45,630 bases of DNA from an uncultured bacterium (GTDB taxonomy: Bacteria; JAGOEH01), in assembly GCA_964632485.1 (NCBI GenBank), contig CAZWDO010000001.1:248001-293630 (forward strand). The letters are read 5' to 3'. Each line of letters starts with the position of its first letter. The first letter of the stretch is position 1. The position numbers were made by a program, and so were the translations under genes. The notes under the pieces are model-generated. The model saw nothing but the letters and a program-made list of their open reading frames with translations, did not search any database and was not told where the DNA came from. Of this stretch, positions 1-7,807 are shown one piece after another.

Positions 1-132
1 CATTAAAATATCGACTTGCTTGGGAGAGGAAATCCGTACTTCTTTCTCCAATAGTAATACACCATCTTTGTTATAGACATTTTTGCCGATTTTCATCCCG
101 ACTTTTAAATCAGAGATTTTTATTAATGCCAT
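1..132 (-). CDS. 5' end of a gene running off the window; N-terminus resembles that of HD-GYP (c-di-GMP phosphodiesterase-type) proteins
   Basis: Not in the ORF track. Manual translation from ATG at 132: MALIKISDLKVGMKIGKNVYNKDGVLLLEKEVRISSPKQVDILM, open to position 1. The 'L..GM.....VY...G.LLL' pattern is typical of the N-terminal module of HD-GYP/HDOD proteins; the catalytic domain is not visible. Confidence 0.55.
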   Translation of the reverse strand, partial: MALIKISDLKVGMKIGKNVYNKDGVLLLEKEVRISSPKQVDILM

Positions 133-160
133 TTCTATCCCCGGTTAAAGTTGCTATACT

Positions 161-189
161 AATATAAACGAATTCGTGGGGATTGTCAA
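161..189 (-). promoter_or_regulatory. sigma70-type promoter for the gene starting at 132
   Basis: Minus strand TTGACA (189-184), 17-bp spacer, TATATT (166-161). Confidence 0.6.
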
Positions 190-220
190 TATGAAAAAAA
201 AATACTCCGCATTTTTTATC

Positions 221-249
221 TTGACAAATTATATTGTGATTATTATACT
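221..249 (+). promoter_or_regulatory. sigma70-type promoter upstream of the structured leader and rpiB
   Basis: TTGACA (221-226), 17-bp spacer, TATACT (244-249). Confidence 0.7.
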
Positions 250-255
250 TTACAG

Positions 256-374
256 GACTTATAAAAAATCAAGCCTTGAGCTTTTTAAGAAGTGTTAATG
301 TAGGTTCGCGCAAAACCCATAAAAAGGAAACAGGTCTTTAAACACTCGCTCAAATGGTGATCGAATCGATAGTC
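256..374 (+). ncRNA. candidate structured RNA (long imperfect hairpin; sRNA or 5' leader)
   Basis: Nested complementary blocks: GAC 256-258/GTC 372-374, ATCA 268-271/TGAT 358-361, TTGAGC 276-281/GCTCAA 348-353, AGTGTT 291-296/AACACT 341-346, inner GGTT/AACC hairpin. Begins just after the promoter. Family not recognised. Confidence 0.3.
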
Positions 375-403
375 AGGTAATCTTCATTATGATAAGGAGA
401 ACT

Positions 404-850
404 ATGATACGCATCGCAATTGCTTCCGACCATGGGGGATATCAATTAAAAAAGTATTTAATTGAAAACCTACCGCAAAATGAAATCGTATTACTGGATT
501 TTGGAACTGACTCGGAACAGAGCTGTGATTATCCCGATTATGCCCAAAAAGCCGCATTGGCGGTGGTTCATGGCCAAGCGGAAGCAGCGCTCGTTATCTG
601 TACGACTGGAAATGGAATGAACATAGCCGCCAATAAAATACAAGGAATTCGATCTGCATTGTGCACGAACACATATTTGGCGGAGATGGCTCGCAAACAC
701 AACCACGCCAATGCGCTGGCGCTTGGAGCCAAAAACCAGTCGCCCCAGGAGGCGTTACAAATTGTGCTGGCCTTTATTCACACTGAATTTGAAGGCGGAC
801 GCCATTTACGGCGGGTCAAAAAAATTGAACCTGCGGCAGCCAGTATTTAA
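404..850 (+). CDS. rpiB: ribose-5-phosphate isomerase B
   Basis: IAIASDHGG, DYPD, ICTTGNG, ARKHNHAN, FEGGRH.RR motifs. Start moved to ATG 404, which follows AGGAGA. Confidence 0.95.
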   Translation: MIRIAIASDHGGYQLKKYLIENLPQNEIVLLDFGTDSEQSCDYPDYAQKAALAVVHGQAEAALVICTTGNGMNIAANKIQGIRSALCTNTYLAEMARKHNHANALALGAKNQSPQEALQIVLAFIHTEFEGGRHLRRVKKIEPAAASI

Positions 851-851
851 A

Positions 852-2414
852 TCAATTCAGCAAATTGGCGCCATCCATCTCCTTGGGTGGTGTAATATTC
901 ATTAGAGACAACATTGTCGGCGCTATATCCGCCAAACGTCCGCCAACTTTCAACTGGATGCGATTCTTTTGCAGGTAAGAACGGTTTGAAATCAGATGCA
1001 GCCAGACCAGATTGGTTGTATGCGCTGTATGCGGCTGCCCGGTTTCATAATCAATCATTTGTTCCGCATTGCCATGATCAGAGGTTAAAAACACAACTCC
1101 GTCCTTATTAAGGATCGTTTGAACAACTTCACCCACGCAAGCATCTACGGTTTCAATCGCCTTAACAGCCGCTTCAAATACACCGGTATGACCCACCATA
1201 TCAGGGTTGGCAAAATTAAGTACTATTAAATCATACAGATCGGCATTAATCAGCTCAATTATTTTATTTTTAACTTCAACGGCGCTCATTTCAGGTTGCA
1301 AATCATAGGTAGCCACGCGGGGACTGGGGATTAGAACTCTGTCTTCCTGATCAAAAACAACATCGCTTTGACCATTGAAAAAGAAAGTAACATGGGCATA
1401 CTTTTCGGTTTCGGCAATACGAAGTTGACGCAGGCCAAGATCGGCAAAAACCTGTCCAAAAAGATGGACTAAGGCAATAGGAGGGAAAAGAATCTCGACG
1501 TGAGCACGCGTAGAGTTGGCTACCCCATCATAATACTCGGTCATGCAGATAAATGTCAGTTTTTCCAGAGCGAGCACGGGAAACTCGCTGAACTCGTTTT
1601 CAACAAACGCCCGGGTCAACTCGCGGGTCCGATCCAGTCGATAATTGAAAAACACGACAACATCACCGCTCCGGATAGGTTCAAAATCATTAGTAATGCG
1701 GGGTTTAATGAACTCATCTGTCTCGCCTAAATTATAGGCATCGGCAACGGCTTGCTCAATACCAGCAAATGGGGGCCGCGTGGAAATTCCCTGGGTCAGC
1801 ATATCATAAGCCAACTGCACTCGATCCCAGCGATTATCGCGATCCATACTATAATAACGTCCCGAAATAGAAGCGATATGCCCTGTTTGTTCGGCTTGAA
1901 TAAAATCGAGGACCGGTTGGACATAGGACATAGTAGAGCTGGGCGGCGTGTCGCGGCCATCGGAAAAAACATGAACCAACAATTGGCGGGATGATAATCC
2001 CTGTTGTTTGGCAAATTTCATTAAAGCCAGCAAGTGATCAGTATGAGCATGGACCCCCTGATCCTGGACCAATCCCATCAAGTGGACGCGGCAACCCTCA
2101 TTTTTAGCATAATTAAGAGCGTCGATCATGCGTTGATTTTTAAAAAACTCGCCATCACTCACACTTTTATTAATCCGTACTAGATTTTGATACACTACCC
2201 GGCCGGCGCCCATATTCAAATGACCCACTTCACTGGATCCCTGATTTCCGTCAGGCAATCCGACATCAACTCCAGAGGCCGAAATCAGAGTCGTGGGATA
2301 ATGGGCGCAATATATATCATGATTGGGAGTCTTGGCGTGATAGATGGCATTGTAATCGGGCCGGGGGTTATAACCCCAACCATCGCGTATAATCAGCGCA
2401 AAAGGCTTTTTCAT
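852..2414 (-). CDS. gpmI: 2,3-bisphosphoglycerate-independent phosphoglycerate mutase
   Basis: IIRDGWG, GSSEVGH, DGRD, GRYYSMDRD, AETEKYAHVTFFFNG, NPDMVGH, SDHGN motifs. Start ATG 2414 with AAGGAG RBS. Confidence 0.96.
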   Translation of the reverse strand: MKKPFALIIRDGWGYNPRPDYNAIYHAKTPNHDIYCAHYPTTLISASGVDVGLPDGNQGSSEVGHLNMGAGRVVYQNLVRINKSVSDGEFFKNQRMIDALNYAKNEGCRVHLMGLVQDQGVHAHTDHLLALMKFAKQQGLSSRQLLVHVFSDGRDTPPSSTMSYVQPVLDFIQAEQTGHIASISGRYYSMDRDNRWDRVQLAYDMLTQGISTRPPFAGIEQAVADAYNLGETDEFIKPRITNDFEPIRSGDVVVFFNYRLDRTRELTRAFVENEFSEFPVLALEKLTFICMTEYYDGVANSTRAHVEILFPPIALVHLFGQVFADLGLRQLRIAETEKYAHVTFFFNGQSDVVFDQEDRVLIPSPRVATYDLQPEMSAVEVKNKIIELINADLYDLIVLNFANPDMVGHTGVFEAAVKAIETVDACVGEVVQTILNKDGVVFLTSDHGNAEQMIDYETGQPHTAHTTNLVWLHLISNRSYLQKNRIQLKVGGRLADIAPTMLSLMNITPPKEMDGANLLN

Positions 2415-2428
2415 AATCAGCTCCTTGT

Positions 2429-3379
2429 TTAAATCGTAATCCATAACATACGGCAATCTTCTAAACTATTAATCGATACATGAAGTTCCGCAATATTTGC
2501 CGGTATCAGGTATGTATCGCCCGCTACGAAGCGCTCAGCGTTCAAGTAACCGCTCCCATTTAAAACCAGGATTATTACCATTTCTTCAATTGATGGCTTT
2601 TCAACCATGCCGGCGGGGAATTCAATTTGCCGGACTGTAAAATAAGGTGAAGCGGCTAATAGGTTATTTCCCTTTTTATAGGGAAGGATTGTCAGATCCG
2701 GATATAAACGCAAACATTTACGCGCCTGCTCCACATGTAATTGCCGGGGTTGCCCTTGTTTATCCACCCGGCCCCAATCATAAATGCGCCAGGTCACATC
2801 GGAATTTTCTTGTATCTCCGCTAAAAGTGTTCCCTCCAGGATCGCATGAACGCATCCCGGGGGAATGAAAAGCGAATCCCCGGGTTTAATGGAATGAATT
2901 GCCAGCGTTTCCAAAACATCCTCACTACCGATGCGATACCGGACAGATTCTTCCTCCCAGCCCGGATTAATTCCATAATTTACCTTTGTATCATCCTGAG
3001 TATCCATTATATACCAGAACTCAGTCTTTCCCAGATCCCGAGCCATTTCCAGCGCTTGATCATCGTCAGGATGAAGCTGTACAGATAAATCGTCCATAGC
3101 ATCGATCAGTTTTATCAGCAAGGGGAATCGGCCCGGATAGCGACGCGCTAATAATTCTCCCATGATTTCCCGTCGATTCGATTTTAAAATCTCACTTAAA
3201 GATAATCCCGCCCACACACCATTGGCAACAATTGATTGGTATTCCTCACGGTCCACGATTTCCCAGGATTCTCCAATTGGCTGTTGAAGAGGAAACGGTT
3301 TTCCGTAATCTTTGACCAATCGGCTCCCCCCCCAAATTTTCTCCTGGCCAATCGGCACAAATTTCAGCGGATATGACAT
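2429..3379 (-). CDS. manA: class I mannose-6-phosphate isomerase (cupin)
   Basis: KIWGG, GESWE, FPLLIK, LSVQLHP, GKTEFW, HA, EIQENSDVTWRIYDWGR motifs. Start chosen at MSYPLK (3379). Confidence 0.9.
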   Translation of the reverse strand: MSYPLKFVPIGQEKIWGGSRLVKDYGKPFPLQQPIGESWEIVDREEYQSIVANGVWAGLSLSEILKSNRREIMGELLARRYPGRFPLLIKLIDAMDDLSVQLHPDDDQALEMARDLGKTEFWYIMDTQDDTKVNYGINPGWEEESVRYRIGSEDVLETLAIHSIKPGDSLFIPPGCVHAILEGTLLAEIQENSDVTWRIYDWGRVDKQGQPRQLHVEQARKCLRLYPDLTILPYKKGNNLLAASPYFTVRQIEFPAGMVEKPSIEEMVIILVLNGSGYLNAERFVAGDTYLIPANIAELHVSINSLEDCRMLWITI

Positions 3380-3518
3380 ATTTTTATCTTTCCTTTCCTG
3401 ATGGATGAGAATTGAGAAGTTCATTCTCCGGTGGGTTTAAGCAAAAAATAGACACAGAAACAAAACGCGCAGAAAATTTCAAATCAGTATCCGGATGTCT
3501 CCCTCAACTGCATACTGA

Positions 3519-3547
3519 ATAATAGGGTAAACCGGATTTTTTGTCAA
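3519..3547 (-). promoter_or_regulatory. sigma70-type promoter for manA-gpmI
   Basis: Minus strand TTGACA (3547-3542), 17-bp spacer, TATTAT (3524-3519). Confidence 0.6.
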
Positions 3548-3571
3548 GCCAATAAATTTTAAAAAAAATTG

Positions 3572-3600
3572 TTGACTTTTAAATAAGAATAAGTTAATAT
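3572..3600 (+). promoter_or_regulatory. sigma70-type promoter for the 3629-11047 operon
   Basis: TTGACT (3572-3577), 17-bp spacer, TAATAT (3595-3600); CAGGAG RBS follows. Confidence 0.55.
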
Positions 3601-3628
3601 ACAAAAGAATTTCAAAACAGGAGTATTC

Positions 3629-4123
3629 ATGATGCGTAGATGGTATTATTTAACTGTACTGATGTTAGGTTTGGTGTTGGTAATGCTATATTGTGGAAAA
3701 TCCAAGAAAAAAGCTGAGGGATTCCTTGCCTTGCTGGATGAAGCGATGAATCAATGTCAATATGGGATAATTATTAACCAGGCGTCTGATACCTTAAAAA
3801 TGAGGCCGGATCTACCGAGGGAATTTAAAAAGGAGATCTATTGGCGTTATGCGGTAGCAATTTCATTACGTAATTATGGTGTTCCGCATTATACCATCCT
3901 TGATTCACTGAAATTTTATCACGCTGATTCGCTTTATACAGAAGCGCTAAAGATAAAAATTGATGATGCAGAGAAAGCCTACCTGGAAGCCCGCCGGATA
4001 TTGGCCGATGGCGATATTGCTATTACTCGCCAAAAATTGGGTGAAGCCCTTAAAATTTTTCCAACGATGGAACCTGCGCAGTTGCTCAACGATAGTTTAA
4101 CAACTCTTCAAACCCCGAATTAA
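3629..4123 (+). CDS. hypothetical membrane-anchored protein, probable lipoprotein, helical/TPR-like C-terminus
   Basis: Basic N-terminus, hydrophobic stretch and Cys (MLYCG); good RBS; last ~40 aa look like one TPR unit (A..YLEA...L..G....A...L..AL...P). Confidence 0.65.
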   Translation: MMRRWYYLTVLMLGLVLVMLYCGKSKKKAEGFLALLDEAMNQCQYGIIINQASDTLKMRPDLPREFKKEIYWRYAVAISLRNYGVPHYTILDSLKFYHADSLYTEALKIKIDDAEKAYLEARRILADGDIAITRQKLGEALKIFPTMEPAQLLNDSLTTLQTPN

Positions 4124-4134
4124 GGAACTGTGAC

Positions 4135-4959
4135 ATGAACGGTGAATTTAATATACTCGTCGTCGATGATGATCCTGATATTCGTCTACTGCTATCGGAA
4201 GTTCTGGCATCTAACCCGAAGTTTCGAGTGGTTATAGCTGAAAATGGGTTAAAAGGCCTCGAAAAGATTAAAACAGAGATATTCGATGTTGTCATTACCG
4301 ACATAAAAATGCCCGTAATGGATGGTATCGAAATGCTTCAAAACATTCGCAAATTGCAGCCGGAAATGCCAGTCGTTATAATGTCCGGATATGCGGAATT
4401 CCATCATTTGGCAAAAGCGCTGGAACTGGGCGCCAGTAACTTCATTCGTAAACCCTTCGATTTTGAAGAAGTTTTTCAAGTTATTCTTAAAATATTGAAG
4501 ATTAAAGACAAATTTGTCAAGCAGAGCCGGATTTTTCCCCATATCACGATTGAAACCATGATACGATTTCCCAGCGATACGGAATTAGTCGATGGTATTG
4601 CTGTCTATTTAACCATCGATCTGATTAATTATAATATGTGTAATGTCGTGGAAGTCAATAACATTCGCCTTTCAATACATGAAGCGTTAATGAATGCAAT
4701 CGAACATGGGAATAAAATGGACAGAAGTAAACAGGTTCAAATTATCAAAAAAGTGGACCACGATTCAATTGTGTTTCATATCATAGATGAAGGGGATGGT
4801 TTTGATTTAAATAAAGTCCCCGACCCCACTCTGCCTGAAAATATTATGAATCCACGCGGCCGGGGGATATTGCTGATTAGTTCATTCATGGACGAAATGG
4901 CCTTCGACCAGGGTGGCAGAGAGCTAATTATTACAAAAAAACGCAATCAGAATGCTTAG
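4135..4959 (+). CDS. response regulator receiver fused to an RsbW/SpoIIAB-like (HATPase_c_2) kinase domain
   Basis: REC: ILVVDDD, ITDIKMP, MSG, FIRKPF. C-terminal EALMNAIEHGN, DEGDGFD, RGRGI.LI..FMD are anti-sigma-factor kinase motifs. Confidence 0.88.
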   Translation: MNGEFNILVVDDDPDIRLLLSEVLASNPKFRVVIAENGLKGLEKIKTEIFDVVITDIKMPVMDGIEMLQNIRKLQPEMPVVIMSGYAEFHHLAKALELGASNFIRKPFDFEEVFQVILKILKIKDKFVKQSRIFPHITIETMIRFPSDTELVDGIAVYLTIDLINYNMCNVVEVNNIRLSIHEALMNAIEHGNKMDRSKQVQIIKKVDHDSIVFHIIDEGDGFDLNKVPDPTLPENIMNPRGRGILLISSFMDEMAFDQGGRELIITKKRNQNA

Positions 4960-5779
4960 TATTGGTATTGATCTGGGGTGTAGCTTTCATAAAATCGTCG
5001 TTTTAGAGGCAAAAAAAATACTCCATGCAGAAGTTATTGAACCTGAAAACATACAAAGAATTGATCGACATCTTTTAACATCATGGTATCCTCCACTTGC
5101 TGATTCGGAAATCCGCTTATTTATAACGGGCGGACGATCGAAATTTATCGATGTGGACGCTTCTATCGTCACAGAACGAATTGATGAGATTGCCGCTATA
5201 GCCGCAGGATGCCAATATTTCTCCCCCTTACTTAAACGTTTATTATGTATTAGTTTAGGAACAGGTACCTGTATTGTTGGATCACAACTTAAACATTACC
5301 AACATCTGGGTGGATCCGGTCTGGGGGGTGGTACACTCAATGGGTGCGCCCGATATCTTTTCCCTCAATCTTTGCAGCCGGTTCAGACTCTTTTTGAATT
5401 TGCATCACGAGGGGAATCAGCGAAAGTGGATATTACAGTTGGAGAGATAATCGGAAGCGGAATTGGAATCGTACCGGCGCATGCGACAGCCTCTCATTTA
5501 GGGCAATTAACAGCCAAAAGCGCCACTGAGGATATCGCCTGGGGCCTTGTGAACCTTGTGGCAACAGAAATAACCAATCTGGCGGTTTTTTGCGCTAAAA
5601 GTCAGTCATTTAATCATATCGTATTTATAGGATATCCGATCCAACACCCCTTGGTCTCCTCCATTATCATTGAACGATTGAAGATGGTTGCTCCTGAAAT
5701 TGTTCCGATATTCCCTAACCGGCCAGTTTTTGGTTCAGCGCTAGGCGCTGTCCACTTCCGTCAATTGAATTCGCTATAA
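4952..5779 (+). CDS. type II (fumble/CoaW-like) pantothenate kinase
   Basis: GIDLG, ITGG, DE, SLGTGT, HLGGSGLGGGT, G...VD.TV, ASHLG motifs; directly upstream of panBDC. Confidence 0.78.
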   Translation: MLSIGIDLGCSFHKIVVLEAKKILHAEVIEPENIQRIDRHLLTSWYPPLADSEIRLFITGGRSKFIDVDASIVTERIDEIAAIAAGCQYFSPLLKRLLCISLGTGTCIVGSQLKHYQHLGGSGLGGGTLNGCARYLFPQSLQPVQTLFEFASRGESAKVDITVGEIIGSGIGIVPAHATASHLGQLTAKSATEDIAWGLVNLVATEITNLAVFCAKSQSFNHIVFIGYPIQHPLVSSIIIERLKMVAPEIVPIFPNRPVFGSALGAVHFRQLNSL

Positions 5780-5788
5780 GGAAAATGT

Positions 5789-6580
5789 ATGGCACGCAAA
5801 TCTATTCGTTCCATCCTCCAGTTTAAAAATAAAAAACCAATTGTAATGCTCTCCCTATATGAGTACTATTTTGCCCAGATTTGTGATAAAACGGATATCG
5901 ATATGATTCTCGTAGGCGACTCGGTCGGGAATGTACTTTACGGCTATGAATCGACACTACCCGTCTCGCTTGAAGTGATGATCCAGCATGGTTCAGCGGT
6001 AGTTCGGGCCACACGCAACCCACTGATCGTCATTGATATGCCATTTTTAACGTATCAAATCTCGGTAGAACAGGCTATTGCGCATGCAGGACGAGTTCTC
6101 CAGCTCACTGGGGCCCAAGCCGTGAAAGTCGAAGGTTGCTCCGAATATTTAGTTGGCGTAATTAACCGTCTGGTAGAAACCGGAATCCCTGTGATGGGCC
6201 ATCTGGGATTAACCCCGCAATCAATTAATACATTGGGAGGTTATCAGCAGCAAGGACGCGATGAAGCGACCGCTCAAAAGCTCTTCGATTCGGCGCTCAA
6301 ACTCGAGCAAGCCGGCTGTTTCTCTTTGGTACTCGAAAATATTCCGGCTCTGCTGGCAAAGACGATTTCAGAACGGTTGGCCATTCCGACAATCGGAATC
6401 GCTGCCGGCCCATCTACAGATGGTCAAGTTTTAGTCTTACATGATATTTTAGGTTTAAACCCGGATTTTAAACCCCGATTTGTCAAATGGTATGCCGAGC
6501 TCCATTCTTTAATCGAGCATGCCATTCTTGAATATAAAAAAGAAGTGGAAACACATCAATTTCCACGGCAAGAATTGTGA
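5789..6580 (+). CDS. panB: 3-methyl-2-oxobutanoate hydroxymethyltransferase
   Basis: ILVGDS, DMPF, AVKVEG, GHLGLTPQ, DGQVLV.HD motifs. Confidence 0.97.
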   Translation: MARKSIRSILQFKNKKPIVMLSLYEYYFAQICDKTDIDMILVGDSVGNVLYGYESTLPVSLEVMIQHGSAVVRATRNPLIVIDMPFLTYQISVEQAIAHAGRVLQLTGAQAVKVEGCSEYLVGVINRLVETGIPVMGHLGLTPQSINTLGGYQQQGRDEATAQKLFDSALKLEQAGCFSLVLENIPALLAKTISERLAIPTIGIAAGPSTDGQVLVLHDILGLNPDFKPRFVKWYAELHSLIEHAILEYKKEVETHQFPRQEL

Positions 6581-6598
6581 TCCACAGAAGGAAAAACC

Positions 6599-6958
6599 AT
6601 GTTACGAAAAGCGTTAATTGGCAAAATACACCGCGCTCGGGTTACCGGGGCCGATCTCAATTATGAAGGCAGCATTGAAATTGATGAGACGCTCTTAAAA
6701 CTAAGTGGGATGGCTCCCTATGAGTATGTTGAAATCTATAATATCACCACCGGTGGGCGTTTTTCAACGTATATTATTGTTGGGCCGTCTGATTCCGGCA
6801 ATGTCATTCTGAATGGCGCCGCTGCCCGACTGGTTCAAATTAATGATGAAGTGATTATCACAGCATACGGTTATATCGATCAAGAAGCGCTCTTCAGGCA
6901 TCAACCCCGGGTTATTTTAGTTGATGCCGCGAATCGGCCAATTCCCATTGAGGATTAA
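6599..6958 (+). CDS. panD: aspartate 1-decarboxylase
   Basis: KIHRARVT, YEGS self-cleavage site, RFSTY, LNGAAAR. Confidence 0.97.
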   Translation: MLRKALIGKIHRARVTGADLNYEGSIEIDETLLKLSGMAPYEYVEIYNITTGGRFSTYIIVGPSDSGNVILNGAAARLVQINDEVIITAYGYIDQEALFRHQPRVILVDAANRPIPIED

Positions 6959-6961
6959 CGC

Positions 6962-7807
6962 ATGAAAATCGTCAATGACATTACGGAACTACGTATAATC
7001 TTAAAATCCTTTAGGTCCGAAGGCCTACAACTTGGATTGGTTCCAACTATGGGATATTTACATGCGGGGCATCTCAGTCTGGCGCAAAAAGCCAGAGAAG
7101 AAAATGAACGGGTTGTCGTTACTATTTTCGTCAATCCCACGCAATTTGGTCCACAAGAGGATTTAGGCCGATATCCCAAAGACCTGGAGACAGATTGCCG
7201 TCTGTTGAGAGAAGCAGGCGCCGATATTGTATTCACTCCAACCGACGCATTGATGTATCCGGATGGATATCAAACCTGGGTTGATGTAGATGAACTATCC
7301 CGACATCTGTGTGGTAAAAGCCGTCCCGGACATTTCCGGGGAGTGACGACCGTTGTCGCTAAGCTTTTCAATATAGTCCAACCCGATCGCGCCTATTTTG
7401 GACAAAAAGATTTCCAGCAAGCCCGCGTGATCAGTCAAATGGTTCAGGATCTCAATTTCCCAATTCAAATCACGATATGCCCCATTGTAAGGGAATCAGA
7501 TGGTTTAGCCATGAGTTCCCGTAACTGCTATCTATCAGTTGATGATCGGGCTAAGGCGCCTTTATTCTACCAAACTCTTAAAAAAGGGATGAACCAGGCC
7601 AACGAAAAAAAGCAATCCTGGCCAGAGATTATCGAACAAATAAAACAAGAATTGACGGCGCAAGGAGCATTTACAGTCGATTATATCAATGCAATCGATC
7701 CCGACACACTTGAGCCACTTACAGAGTATCAACCCTCAGTGGTTCTTGCCAGTGCGGTTTTTTTGGGCAGCACCCGGTTGATTGACAATATATGGAACCG
7801 CGAATGA
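6962..7807 (+). CDS. panC: pantoate--beta-alanine ligase
   Basis: VPTMGYLHAGH, FVNPTQF, RPGHFRGV, FGQKDFQQ, GLAMSSRN, RLIDN. Confidence 0.97.
   Translation: MKIVNDITELRIILKSFRSEGLQLGLVPTMGYLHAGHLSLAQKAREENERVVVTIFVNPTQFGPQEDLGRYPKDLETDCRLLREAGADIVFTPTDALMYPDGYQTWVDVDELSRHLCGKSRPGHFRGVTTVVAKLFNIVQPDRAYFGQKDFQQARVISQMVQDLNFPIQITICPIVRESDGLAMSSRNCYLSVDDRAKAPLFYQTLKKGMNQANEKKQSWPEIIEQIKQELTAQGAFTVDYINAIDPDTLEPLTEYQPSVVLASAVFLGSTRLIDNIWNRE

Noticed and set aside
298..331. preQ1-I riboswitch or SRP RNA resemblance (GGTTC...ACCC-ATAAAAA; AGGAAACAG)
   Set aside because: Stem and pseudoknot pairing do not fit preQ1-I, the downstream gene is unrelated to queuosine, and the SRP helix-8 tetraloop motif is absent.
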